Source: Tubulanus polymorphus (Eukaryota; Animalia; Nemertea). Taken from it: a stretch of DNA of 64,000 nt. Location of the stretch: contig NC_134027.1 of assembly GCF_964204645.1 (NCBI RefSeq), positions 12,308,485 to 12,372,484 on the forward strand, written 5' to 3'. The position numbers and the translations under genes were made by a program. Numbering within the stretch: the stretch's first letter is position 1; the number at the start of each line of letters is the position of its first letter. Shown here one piece after another: positions 49,320-62,234 of the stretch. Under the pieces are notes generated by a model. It made no database searches. It saw only the letters and a program-made list of their open reading frames with translations, and was not told the DNA's origin.

Positions 49320-50475
49320 GTAAGTCCTCATTGCCTAAGGATGATATCAGGAACAAGCTATGACCTGTCACTGTATCAATTAATTGGACTGTTCTGCAGC
49401 CTCATTTACCATACTGGTAGTCCAAAAATGGTCTTAAGTCATTAACTCGGTTGTTCAGTCTACCCTCAATATCCGCCAGCATGGTGACAAGGCTAATGGG
49501 GGACAATTGAATTGGCGGATAATTGAACTGAATCCAGCCTGTACTGTATGAAAAGCATTTTCATTAACTGATTTTAACTGAGTTATCTTTAACTCACAAC
49601 TGTGGAACTAGACCTTGTGTTTTGCCCCTTTGTGGTAAAACTTGAATTTCAGCCATTTTCAACCATTGAATCAAAAAGAATGTCACTAGACATAAGTTAT
49701 GCTCTGATCATGTCATTGGAGAATGTCGTATATTGTGAGATTTTTTCATTCAGGGCTAAGATATAAACTATTAGAAAACTACTGCTCATGCCTAAGATTT
49801 CACATGGCAGATACTATGGTTTCTTAAGTATATTAACTGAAATTACTATGGTTTCTGAAATTTTGGACACAAAATGCGTTATCAAATTTTGGGGATGATC
49901 AGGGTGACCACTCATACGGAAATCAGGGAATATCAGGGAATTTGATTTTCACCTAAAAAGTCATGGAATAGTCAGAGAATCTTATGTAAAAGGTCAAAAT
50001 CATGGAAAAGTCAGGGGAAACTGTTTTTGTGCATGTCAAAAATGCATGCCTTTTTCATTGCTGTCTAAAAATTCGAAATGAAATATACCGTAGTTGAGAC
50101 AACTAAGGTCATGGAATTTTGGTAAATGTTCAGGGAAAAGTCATGAAAAAGTCAGCGTAATTGAGCACATTACGTTTAAGAAATCTGTACACATCAATTT
50201 CATTGGTGGCTCGTGAGGATTGCAGATAATAGAGGGTATACAAGGGTATCATAGTTCTTAGATTGGCAATTAAACCAAAGTTGGCATGGACTGGTCTGAA
50301 TTATTGAAGCAGGGATGAGTCAGTTGCTATCACAGTGAATACTGCTGTAAGAAAATTTCTGATACACTATTATGGACTTGCAAAAAATGATAAATGAATT
50401 GTCCCAAATAGCAATACTTACCCACCTAATGACAGTTAACCTTAATGAAATCTTATTTCTTATTCTCTTCTTCAG

Positions 50476-50537
50476 ATATTGACACATTCAAGCAACAAGT
50501 TGAAAGTTTAAGCAAAGAATTACAAAAAGCCAATAGG
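50476..50537 (+). CDS. GRIPAP1: GRIPAP1 exon 3
   Basis: ttcag acceptor, phase 1; DIDTFKQQVESLSKELQKANR|GT. Confidence 0.85.
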
Positions 50538-51759
50538 GTAACTTTTCTATTAAACATTGACAGTGTTCGAATTATGTCTCTCTGGTGGAGGGCAAGGAGA
50601 TATTTTAGCGCGATACAGCGTACAAATCTGAGGGGATTTTTTTAAAACTTGGATGTGTGAGTTGACACTGGGCAGCCCTGTTAAGATAGTAGCTATCCAC
50701 TGTCTGATATGACCCCTATGGAGATCACGGGAAAAATGTGACTAAATGTGAACATTTCTAATAAGTAAGTTTTGTATGAAAAAAGTGAAAATTTTGGAAA
50801 CTTATGTGAAATTTTTTTAGAATTCTTGTCAGCAATTTTCTTTTGGCCTTATAGGCTGTATATGTTCTTCATGCTGTAGGCTATGCTTTGTCCCTAGATA
50901 GTCCATAGTACGTGTACGTATGTACCCAGTACATGTTCATAGTCTAGTGTCAGTCATTGATTTGTATATCCTAATTTCAGGTCAAAGTTGGTACATTGTC
51001 TTAAACATGGTTAACATGGTAACTCTTACATGAAACCTCAACGAAAATGTTATCGCATTAGTTGTATGTCGCTTTTCAAATATTTGGTGTGAAAAATTAA
51101 GTTTTTGGCATGAAAAAATTTGGAAATCCTTTTGGTCTGTTTTTTGGTCTGAAGAAATGTAGAAAAATTGAAATTAAACAATGTGAAAAAATGCGAAAAT
51201 TAAAGAATGTAGCATCTCATCCCAGAAATCTATCCATAAACTTGGTGTATGGTTGGTACAAATGAGAGGTCTCACCCTATTGAAAACGGTAATCATCTTC
51301 TGGTGATCATCTTCATATGGCTGCGATGGTGGCCATCTTTAATTTAATCATGCGATTCCTGAAATTTTGTGTATGAGTAAGGAAGGGTGAGAAGGCTAGG
51401 CCTTCCCCTGTTGATTATCCTCTGACAAATTTGGCTGCCATAGTGGCCTTGAATTTCGCATTAATGCATTGGACCCTGCAAATCCTAGAGTCTTTTCAAA
51501 ACTTGGTTTGTTGGTTGGACGAGAATAAGGTCCAATCCTTGAATTTCTTGTTAGCACTATCATGCTTATGACAATTGAAGATGCATTTCCTGGGGAGACA
51601 TACGCGGCACTTGCCTCATTCTCGTTTGGTGTGTGGGTTTTCACTTTCCTGCATGCTTGATTGAATTCGAATATCAATTGTTTACTGATTATTATCAATT
51701 TTTTGGCTGATAGTTATATCAATTTGTGTGTGACTTTGGACTGTTTTACTTTTTTGCAG

Positions 51760-51786
51760 ACTATCAGTAAAAGTAAGAAGGCCAAG
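51760..51786 (+). CDS. GRIPAP1: GRIPAP1 exon 4 (27-nt microexon)
   Basis: tttttgcag|TISKSKKAK|gtatgt, matching ALSKSKKAQ. Confidence 0.85.
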
Positions 51787-52603
51787 GTATGTCAACGGAT
51801 ACAATGTGATACAGCATTCAGACAATTTGATTTGAGATTAGTTCCTTGGCCTACCCTTAGAGCATCTTCCAAATTTACTATTGAATTTTGTGTATGCCTA
51901 TCTAGGATCAAAAAGTTACATGATATTTCATTCAAACAGAGATATTAGGTTGATTTTTAATAATCAAGGCAATTTGAAATCTTTGTGGGAATACGGTACT
52001 TTGATATAGCTTTTTGAAAAACGTCTGTGGTGTTGGACACCTGTTTTGGTGCTTTGATATGTGGGTATATTTCCAGCCTCATTTAATGCTAGTTTTCATG
52101 GTAATCATCATAATCAAATTCAAGAATTCATTCCATTATATACTAGAAAGTATCACCATGTCTGATTACATACATGTAAACTGACTAGTTTATTTGACAA
52201 ACTCAAGGTCTACAATTTAGACAATATGAGTGAAAAATAGAACAATATACAAAATAACATAGATGTGAAGGACAGAGTCGGACAGCAGAATGTATATTGT
52301 CACAGAGACAAGAAAATTAATTATGAAAGAATTATTTGATGCCTTAGAAAAAAATGTGGAATGTTTTAGGATACCGCTAAGCTTACGTAGTGATAGATTG
52401 AGCAGCAGTTTAATTTTAACAGAGGACTGAATATTTTGCGGATGTATCAAATTCAGTTGCCACTGTGCAAATAAAGTTCTTAAAGCTAAGGGGTTGGTTA
52501 ACAATACATCGTTCGGTGTATGTAGTTTTCACCAGCTGGGAGCTCGCATAACATGCTTCCTGATGAGTACTAATAGTACTAACATAAAGTCTGTACAATG
52601 GTA

Positions 52604-53061
52604 CCGTAAAAACCGGCATATAAGTCGAGTTTTTAACCCTTGATTTTACCACTAAATTATTGACCTTGACTTATACGCCGAGTACAGTTTTCTACGAAGT
52701 ATTTTCAGGTCACAAGAAATATTGATTCTACCAGACAAAAAAGACAGTGTTCATCTTCTTACTGCTATAACAGTTTGAATAATTATTCATGATAAATAAA
52801 GTTATTTAATGAAAAAAACTTCTTTCATTTTGACACAGATTGATTAACGCATTGCAGCAATCAGGCTGACACACGTGGCGGCGTGCGTGAAGGCACACAT
52901 CGTTATCAAAACAAACTATTCAATACAATGATACTAGTAATTATTCTTCTAAGAGAAGGGACTCGACTTATAAGCCGGATATATGTTAAAATCATGAAAT
53001 ATAGGTCTAAAAATCGACCTCGACTTATACGCCGCGTAGACTTATACGCCGGTTTTTACGG
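52604..53061. mobile_element. Tc1/mariner-pogo-type MITE, TA TSD
   Basis: ta|ccgtaaaaaccggcatataagtc ... gacttatacgccggtttttacgg|ta. Confidence 0.85.
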
Positions 53062-53237
53062 TATTTATATGGCGGAAAACTGTGTCTAATCTTGAATGCA
53101 CTGTATATGCAAAAGTTTTGTGGATACATGTGTACACGCTACAAGCATTAAGACGGGACGAACTAATCACTTCTAATCGACTTTCGATATTTACATGAAT
53201 GCTCCATTTTCATTTCATGCAATTGGTTGATTTTCAG

Positions 53238-53345
53238 GAAATTGAAAGTTTATCTCAAGATAATGAAGCGTTGCAAAGAAAGCTCATTAGTCAAGAAGAG
53301 GATTTCCGGCTTCAAAATGAAACGCTCATGCAAGAATTAACAACG
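53238..53345 (+). CDS. GRIPAP1: GRIPAP1 exon 5
   Basis: EIESLSQDNEALQRKLISQEEDFRLQNETLMQELTT (SQEEDFRLQN motif); AG/GT flanked. Confidence 0.93.
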
Positions 53346-53716
53346 GTGAGTTAGAAATTGACTAGTATTTCATAATCATGTATGCTGAAAAAAGATGCAT
53401 TGTTTCCCGTGATCAGCTGGGCAGAAAATAAAGGGCTTGCAGATTGGGATTTCTTCAATTGGGTTTTAAAGATAAAAAGAATGAATTATGGGCCTAGGGC
53501 AGTTGCGGCACTGTTGAACCTGGTACTTCCTCATTGATAAGTACCGGTAATACCCATCTCAGAGCCCTCAATAATGTATCCCTGCAGTCTGTAGTGGTCT
53601 TATATAGTCTGTAGGCCTACTGGTGGTCTTACTACATGCTGACAATGAACAAACTGCAATGAAAATGCAGTTATCACTTTTAATGATAGCACGAACTAAA
53701 AAGAATTCTGTGGTGG

Positions 53717-54036
53717 CATGGTTCCCACAGAAGAGGGAACTTGGAAAAATTTGGGCATTTTGAAATAATAATTCCCAGTTTTGAAATATTTGGGAAGTTG
53801 AGAAATTTTCCTCAAATCAGGGAAATATTTGGGAAATTCATTATCATATTATGTATTGCATTTGCCAAGTGCAACGATTTCCCATTATAATCACCTTTAT
53901 CAACCAGTCACCACTAAAATGTTGACCATAGCATGGTGGTATCTGTTAATTTTCATTCGGGAAAATTTAAAAATCACTCTTGAAATACTTGGGAAAAACC
54001 TGGGAATTTTTATTTCATGTAACTGTGGGAACAATG
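53717..54036. mobile_element. MITE (CATGGTTCCCACAG TIR), 6-bp TSD TGGTGG
   Basis: tggtgg|catggttcccacag ... ctgtgggaacaatg|tggtgg; internal GGGAA repeats. Confidence 0.7.
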
Positions 54037-54281
54037 TGGTGGACTGACAGACTACCAAAAAATGGGAAACAAGGCACATTTTTCCCTTAGTCATTCCTGT
54101 GTTTGCTATTTTATATTTACGTTCGATATTTCAGTAGGCTCTATGTCGACTATTTCAATATATCTCTCCCATAAAAACTCGTACTGTGGGTCTTCCATGG
54201 AAACACTTATTTAGCTAAATCTTTTGGTTTCTGGAGACCCACATGATAGTGATTTTTATCACACATGATTATTCCCTTCAG

Positions 54282-54423
54282 CTTGTGGCAAATAATGAAA
54301 AATTAGAAAAGGAAATTTCGTCAGTACCAACAACAAGTGAAGGCAGCCATGAAACGTTGGATTTTAATGATGAACTGCGTCGAATTCAAGCTCAAAATTC
54401 AGCCCTTCAGAAAAATCTCACCA
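54282..54423 (+). CDS. GRIPAP1: GRIPAP1 exon 6
   Basis: LVANNEKLEKE...DELRRIQAQNSALQKNLT (cf. ELLRLQAENTALQKN); cag acceptor, gtaagt donor. Confidence 0.9.
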
Positions 54424-54733
54424 GTAAGTTCAGTAACACCAGCAAATTACTGCTAGTAGCAACCAGCCCATCATTCTTGAGTTAGTTCTCTCATAGGTGC
54501 TGCGTAAAATTCAATACCTTGATAAATTGATTCATTATATTTTCATAGAACATAATACATATCATAATTTCTCTTACAAAATATTGAGATGAACTATGAA
54601 GGACTCATTCAGAGCGGACGAGCCCTGATGACTATGAAATGGATGATGAAAAAATTCATTCATTGAGTTATTTAAGATTTGATTTTAAGTTTAAATGACA
54701 ACTAAACGTATAACTGTGCCCTTCATTTTCTAG

Positions 54734-54872
54734 GCCAACAAGAAAAATATGATGAAGAGATTTTACGTTTGCAAGGCACGATTAAAGTGCTGCAGCATGT
54801 GAACAATGACTTGGAGATACAATGTCAAAAATTGGCAGGGCAGCGTGGAACACCAGCTGGTGATGAAAACAG
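54734..54872 (+). CDS. GRIPAP1: GRIPAP1 exon 7
   Basis: ttttctag acceptor; SQQEKYDEEILRLQGTIKVLQHVNNDLEIQCQKLAGQRGTPAGDEN; phases consistent. Confidence 0.8.
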
Positions 54873-55224
54873 GTTAGACAAAATTCAATTTAGATAATGG
54901 CTTGTATTTATGAGTGAAAATCTGAGGTCCTTTGAACTCATGAATGTAGTTTTCATTGGAGAATGCCCAGAGTTCACAACCCGTACAGCTATGGCCGATA
55001 GCATAGTGTTAGGTTCACTTTTAATTTTGTACAGTTTAAATAGACTTTTGAGGGGCTATAAAATGATTAATCAATAAAACAGTTAAACAGCAGAGAAATG
55101 CTGTCAGCAATTCATCTTAGTTAGTAATGAACAGTGAGTTTTGTTCATTTTTCTGTCCATGAACTGCAATAAAGTGTAAATTTGAAATATTTCTTTATAT
55201 CGTATATATCTTACGTTTCTTCAG

Positions 55225-55304
55225 TGATACTCGGTCAGTAGAAGGTCAGTCTGATAATGAAACTAGTGTCAATGAATCCGGTGACCCAACTGAACTTGAA
55301 AAAG
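55225..55304 (+). CDS. GRIPAP1: GRIPAP1 exon 8
   Basis: ttcttcag acceptor, phase 2 in and phase 1 out; SDTRSVEGQSDNETSVNESGDPTELEK. Confidence 0.7.
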
Positions 55305-57683
55305 GTGCGTATTAATTCATTGCTTTTGTTTCTCTGCATGCATTGGTACACCTGCTTACCAGCATCTGAAACTTGCTGTCAATTACAATAGCTCTTTTCA
55401 GTAATGAAAATTTCAATCTGAGCCTTATGTATGTGTGGCATTCGAGCCACCAACTTGCTCGTAGCGCCTGCAAATATAGCTGCTTCTATGTACTGTCGAC
55501 CTCGCTTTAATCGTCGGCGTGTAATTCTTCATTCTAGCTTAATTGTCATTTTTCTTCGAGAACAGATAAACACATCGTTATATCCTTAATGTTTCAGTGG
55601 TCAATTCGTCATGCATAAGTCGTCATTTCGCTTTAATCGTCACTATTTTGCTGGTCCGTTAGTACTGTTTATACATAGATAACATCGGTTAAAACCGTCA
55701 CTGCACAAATATATCGTTAAACTACATGTGCAGCACTGAGGCCATACTGCCTCGACACACAGTCCCCAGTTAGCTTTGTAGCGCGCTGCAATACACAAAA
55801 AATTAACCTCATCGCACAATGTTCGTTCATTCATAGTAAATAGAGGCTCAGTGCAAAGAGAGATCGACAAAATGATGCTAAAAAGTTTCCAAGAACTTCC
55901 AAAGAAAAGCAAAGAAATTTCAAATTCATTGAAAAGAATCCATTCATAAAGTAACGAAATTGTTGATGGTGAACTAGTTGGCAGCCTTCGTCAATGTTGC
56001 TTAACTTCTTCAATGAGTAGCTTATCTTGTAGCGAAGTCAAAACAAAGTTATTATTACATATGTAAGTCTTACCAATTTAAATTTTCACCTAATTGTGCA
56101 TGGAAATTACCTAGCCCAGCAGATACATCCCAGATTACGCGGGTTCCATAAATAAACAAAGACCGTGATGAGTCAGAAACTCAAAATGTACTTAATTCGC
56201 CTATCAGATAAATCGTCATTTTAGGGCCAGTCCTTAAAGTAACGTTTAAATCGAGGTCGACCGTAGAATGAAGATTACAGCAGTACAGAGGCATGGAAAA
56301 AACATAAGGCCTTTGTTGTGAAAGATACCAATGTGATATCTTGGGGTCCAGCAACGCTATGCCCACTAGATGGAAGCTTCACTATCTGACAATTTCAATA
56401 TTCACCATCCCCTAGATAACAAATATTGTGACCTTAGTACTTGCCACAGTCACAAAAAATGTCATGAGCTAGGATTTTGTAGTTGATTGTGTTCACGAAA
56501 TATGCATAGTACTAATACAGGCCTATATGGAAGTACGTGTACATGTACCCATGTTTATCCACTATTCAATGCCCTGATGAACAATGACCTTCTTTCTTAG
56601 CAAACCCATGGTTCACTCACTTTTACTATCACTAGCTGATAGCAAGCCTAAACTGAACAATGATGTATGTACTGTATATCAGATCGCAAACAATCACCTT
56701 GATACTCACCATAAAGATAGAGCATATGATGATCAACAATTGTTTGTGGTTACAAAATAGGTACCAGTATATATGGAAATGCCATGTTATTCCGCTATTC
56801 AACACCCCCTGGTGAAAACATTGAGTACCGATAACCCCATTCCATGGCCTATGACAATGCTAACAATTATCAAATATCAAGACTAAAAAGTTCAAACCTG
56901 TTAACATCTTTTCCAAGACAATCCATAGAAGTGTCTTCAAAAGTTTTCAACATTTTAGTCTGCTAATCACATCAAATATAACGCAGTTATTTCGATGATT
57001 GAGATTTAAGCTGCTCCGATTAGAGCAAATGCAGAGATTATTCAATTGACTAGTTTCATTCCCTATCACTACCAATTCCCGATAAAGCCCTACTTCCCTT
57101 GGAAGCCAAAATATGGAAACTCTATTGAAATGACAGAGATGTCAGTAATACTATTTCTTGTTTGAATGACTGTTATCCAATTTTGAGGTGAAAGTGATTG
57201 CTGTATTGAATTTGGGTAAATGTTAGAGCATGCTATACCTACCTGCTGTTAGATTGACTAACCAGAGATACATTGAAAAATTGATAGGTTTTGTTGGTAT
57301 ATTTATTGATTATAAACAAAAACATTGCCAATATATAGAGTGGTGCTTTAGGTTAAGTTTTTGGTTAGGAACCATTAGAAGATCTCCAGAATGCAGGAAA
57401 TAGCCTCCTTTGTAAAGTAAATTCTCAAGACTTTCTGGGGAGGCCCGTCCGACTCCCCCCCCACGCTTCCACCGTGATTAATGAATATCATTTAAATGTG
57501 TGGCCGATGAAAAATTGGTAGCTATTTTGCTGTTTTTTCTGCTGATAGTTTTTTCCCTGATTGTATGCAAATGTCTAATAGTTGCTATCTCACTGCTTAC
57601 TATTTCAATAGATTGATACAATATACATAGTGAGTTAAGAGAGAAACTAAATAATTGATCTATTAAAACATTTCTTTTTTCAG

Positions 57684-57785
57684 AAGATTACATGGCGAAG
57701 TTGCGGTCGACTTCTATCAATGAATTGATGTCTGACAGTGAACTGAATTCGCAGAAACTGCAAGAACAATTGAAACTTGTTAATG
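57684..57785 (+). CDS. GRIPAP1: GRIPAP1 exon 9
   Basis: ttttttcag acceptor, phase 1-1; EDYMAKLRSTSINELMSDSELNSQKLQEQLKLVN|gtatgt. Confidence 0.7.
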
Positions 57786-57896
57786 GTATGTAGGAAAGAA
57801 AATTCTGATAGTATACAGCCCAGCCTTTAAGAGAATCAATCAGAAAAACGAATGTAGGTAAAAATCTCCCCGGTAAAAATCCCACATCAAATTTAA

Positions 57897-58579
57897 CTCT
57901 TATCTGACCACCAGAGAATTTTAGTGTCAGTCACAGACCACTCTCGACTTTCGTCGGAAACCACCCGCTTCATTTTGAACGGCTGTGGCGTTTCATCTGT
58001 TGGGTTTTCATTTCTTGTTTTTAGTAGAAGCGGTCGGTAGCTTTCCTGTGTAAACCAGGAAATGAAATTTTTTCTTAAAAATCTTAAGTTTTTTTTACAA
58101 GCGTTATTTTTCGAAAAAAGGATGAATACTGAGGCAGCACTTATAGGATAGCACTGAGGATAGTGATTCAAATAATGAAGACTTTATTTCTGAATCGGAA
58201 AGTGAGTCTGAAGTCTATAATCAGACGGAAGAAGGTGATTCTGATCAGGCAAGTCATGTTGATGATGCTGGTGCCCCAATTACTGATGATGAGGAGGTAG
58301 ACGAGGGTCAGGCATTGAATCCCCCGGTTCACTCAATGTCTGAATCAGAAGAATTGGGATTATATCCCCCAAAAATGAACGTATTTTGAAAAAAAAAATT
58401 TTTGCATATTGAGGGTCACCACATTAGCTACAAAGTTTTCTTTTACCACTAAGCTCTTAGACTAATATTTTAGGAGCTACTGGACTTAATAAAAGGGCCT
58501 TTGTTTTATTGGTATTAGTCTATTGAAAACCTGGTCTGAGAGGGTATTGTTGCAAATAGGAAACCTGGTCAGATAAGAG
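57897..58579 (+). mobile_element. Non-autonomous piggyBac-like element (internal deletion derivative)
   Basis: TTAA|CTCTTATCTGACCA ... TGGTCAGATAAGAG|TTAA; internal acidic reading DSDSNNEDFISESESESEV...DDEEVDE like a piggyBac transposase N-terminus. Confidence 0.85.
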
Positions 58580-59031
58580 TTAAGTAAAACCCTAGCATAA
58601 ATGAAAACAGATAATACTTTTTACAAGAATACTTAGTACATAGATAGGTACACAGATATTTTGCTATTACTTTTAGACTGGATTTCTTCATAGAAATTTT
58701 TAGAAATACGATAACATCATTTTCATGCATGTTACTAGCTAAAAGTCACGGAATAATGTCATTTTTATGCACGTAACTTGGTCAAAGTCATTGATAATCC
58801 AAGATGAATATTGTGAAAAACATTACGGAAAATCTGAAATTTTGAAAACTACTATAAGTTTTTCAACATAAGAATATTGAAGTATTTTGTTGGATATTGC
58901 AGTGAAATCAAATTTGGGGGGATTTTTACCTGTTACCCAGAAAAACATGTCCTTTGTTGTGTAATCCAGTTTCTGATCAGATTTTCGAATACCAGTATAT
59001 ATCAGTGCTATTAATAACCATTTACCCCTTA

Positions 59032-62000
59032 GGCCATCCCAAAATAATTGTCTGTTTGCCATGACACCGACTCAAGTTTTCAGGACGTTTTTAGCGCCGC
59101 GCTAAATGCGTACTAAATAATAAGATAATTCAAGTAATCCCATATCATAAAGAAAGTGATATTCATGTCATAAATCAGTGTTTTTTGGTTTATCTTTGTC
59201 AGCAGTATGAGCTTGGCATTGAGCCAATTCATGTAAAATCCCGGTACGTTTTTCTATGTGAGCATTTTTTTCATTGGTTCTCGGGTTAAACGACGTATAA
59301 TCCATGCGATTGAAGACATGACGAACCTCCGTCGATGACATGGTCAACTTTGTTAAAATTCGACGAAAAACTGTTTTTGGCGGGAAAATTCTTAGCTCTT
59401 GCGTATAAAATTGCAATGACCTCGATTGGGGGGCGTCGTCTCTACAAGCGAATGTGATTGGCTGTTTTTGGGAAATACGGGGAATTCCGACGCTACTAAA
59501 ATAATTATGGGAAAGCCATTAATGGCGAACATTTCATTGGACTTGGTGCCGTATATGTGCGAATCTTAAATGCTCATTGCTGGTGAGAATATGATTATTT
59601 CACATATCGCCATAGGTATTGTTTCGTTTTAATACCCGGTGATTGTGTTGATAGAGATCGAAGTGAAGCAAATGTTCACTACACAAGGCCTCCACGTGTG
59701 CGCAGGAGCGCTAACATTAGACTGTTGCACACACGAACACACGCTTATACATACTACTATATGGTGATGCTGTAACGCTGCTTGGCGCGTGCACGTTTGG
59801 TATGATAACAGGCTGAATAATCGTCGTAGCAGAAGATGAGCGCTGTGTTTTCTGTTTGATAGAATTTGTAAATTGTAATTTCTTGTGACCTGAAAATACT
59901 AAGCAGCAAACTATGGGTATAGGTCGAGGTCTGAATATTGTAGTGGTAAATTCCAGGATTTAAAACGATCGAATACTATGCCCTGGTGTTTTAGCTTCTG
60001 CGGCCATACATTGGAAGAGGTTTCGTCTCCAAGACTCAATATTCAGCCACCCTCTGATATGTGACATCATATGAATTTTATTTGAATATTTTTTCATATT
60101 GTGAAAAATTTTTTTTTTTAAATATAAGATAGTTTCCAATGCGGCGCCTACCTGTACCCTACGAAATTTTGGACGTAGACCATAAACAAATGTTTATCTT
60201 TGGTCTCATTTTACTACAAAATAATTCTTTAAGAAAGATAAAATACAATATAAACTTCTAGAACTTTGAAGTCACGAATTAAAAAGATTTTTCAAGCAAT
60301 GCCCTTACTCCAAACAACCTCTAGCTTTCAATTTATTTAATCTGAAATCAGTACACTAGCCGCTATAATCAGTTTTTGAGTAATGACACATGCGCATTGA
60401 CGACGAATTAAACGCAAATAGCGCCGAGTTGCCCGCACACGAGAGCGCAGTTGGTGCTGCGTGAAAAAATATCAAACATTATAGATATTTGGCGAACGAC
60501 AAAATGCACTCGACAAGGCCCCCGCACACGAGTCGAAAACTTCGCTGCGCCATTTGTGTACGCAGTTTTCGGCTCGTGTACCGGGGCCTTAAGAATGATT
60601 GGCAGCTTATTGGAACACTGCCAGTTTCCTGGAAAACTTAAACTAGGCCACATGTCAAGGCATGTTTTCACACTTCATACATACATAGCTCATACATCGG
60701 AAGTGGGTCGGTCGGCCTTTTTAGCCCACTTGGGACTTTAGTCCCAGCGGGCTATTGCGTTCACTTTTTGTCCGTCGTCCGTCCGTTCGGCCGTCCGTCC
60801 GTCCGTAGACGGAATCCAGTTATTTTGGGAAGTTTTGAAGACGCTTCAAGATAATGTCTTGATTTTTGGGTTACACATGTATCTACCCTAGACACATCTT
60901 CAGCCCAAAAACTGGCCCTGTCAGATTCAAGATGGCCGACTGGCAGCCATTGTTGTTCACCAAAATCAGCACTTTTTACACATTTTTGAACTTTTTGAGG
61001 GAAATTTTGAAGACGCTTTGATTAATTACCTTGATCTTTCGGATGTATGTGAATTCCCCCAGGGCCCATCAGCATAACAAAAATTGGGTCGATCGGACTC
61101 AAGATGGCCGTCCTATGACCTTTTTAGTGCCCAAAAATGTTAATTTTGGCCCAAATTCTGAGTCCTGTAGCTTCCTACTGGTTTATCATTTCTCATTGCA
61201 ATTTGTGATGGGTATTCTTTGGAAAAAGATGTTTTATACCTGAGACAGGTATTTTTCATCAGCCAATTATGACGCAATTGGCGGCCATCTTGGTGTCAGC
61301 AGTACTCATTCGTAAGTGGGAAAAATTTTTTCCACATTATATTGATACCTAAGCGTATTTTGTTACGACAATCAATTAGAAAGTTGTAGCTCATAACGTG
61401 TTCTATGATTGTGGTTAGTTTCAAGGTCATTGGTTTGTATATATGGCCACCAGGGGGCGTTGAATAATGCAATATCTTAGTATTTCTACATTATATTCGT
61501 ATCAATGCATATTTTGTAACCACAATCGATTGCAAAGTTGTAGCTCATGACATCATCTATGATTGTGGCAAGTTTTAAGGACATTAGTTATTCTATATGG
61601 TCACCAGGGGGCGTTGAATAGTAGAATAACTTAGTATTTCCTTATTATATTGGTACCTAGGCATATTTTGTTACCATGATCAATTACAAAGTTATAGTTC
61701 GTGACATGTTCTATGATTGTGGTGAGTTTCAAGGTCATTGGGTTTTGAATATGGTCACCAGGGGGCGTTGAATAGTAGAATAACTTAGTATTTCTATATT
61801 AAAGTAGTAACGAGGCATATTTTGTTATCACAATCAATTACAAAATCTTAGCTGCTGACATGTTCTATGATTGTGGTGAGTTTCAAGGTCATTGGATTCT
61901 GTATATGGTCACCAGGGGGCGTTGAATATTGAAACTGTTAGATTGTTGAGCATTTGGAACCACTTCCCAAGTGGGCATGGTGTCCCTGGACCCCTAGTTT

Positions 62001-62108
62001 ATCAAAAGTAAAGTTTATTTCAATGAATCCCAGAAAAACGTTTCACTCGGTACCATTGAAGTCGGGTCGGTCGGGTTACGGCAAACAGACCATTATTTTG
62101 GGATGGGC
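59032..62108. mobile_element. Non-autonomous PIF/Harbinger-type element, TTA TSD, hosting a HINE and a 75-bp hairpin MITE (60516-60590)
   Basis: tta|ggccatcccaaaataattgtctgtttgcc ... ggcaaacagaccattattttgggatgggc|tta. Confidence 0.8.
60718..61999 (+). mobile_element. Second full copy of the GCCCACTTGGGA HINE
   Basis: Same termini, longer (CCGT)n tract, about four ~140-bp tandem units, inserted in a T-run. Confidence 0.88.
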
Positions 62109-62163
62109 TTATGATGAAAATTCTGTAAGTTTAAATTTGCTATACATTGTTTATGAATTCCAG

Positions 62164-62234
62164 AGATGAAACTTAGTCTTGACACCGAACATGAAGAAAA
62201 TAAAATTCTCAAAGATCAGATAGCAAATTCACAG
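62164..62234 (+). CDS. GRIPAP1: GRIPAP1 exon 10 (gene continues beyond the window)
   Basis: ttccag acceptor, phase 1; EMKLSLDTEHEENKILKDQIANSQ|gtaaaa. Confidence 0.75.

Noticed and set aside
58150-58390. Acidic exon of GRIPAP1
   Set aside because: It lies within the TTAA-flanked piggyBac-like element, and exons 9 and 10 already join in phase without it.
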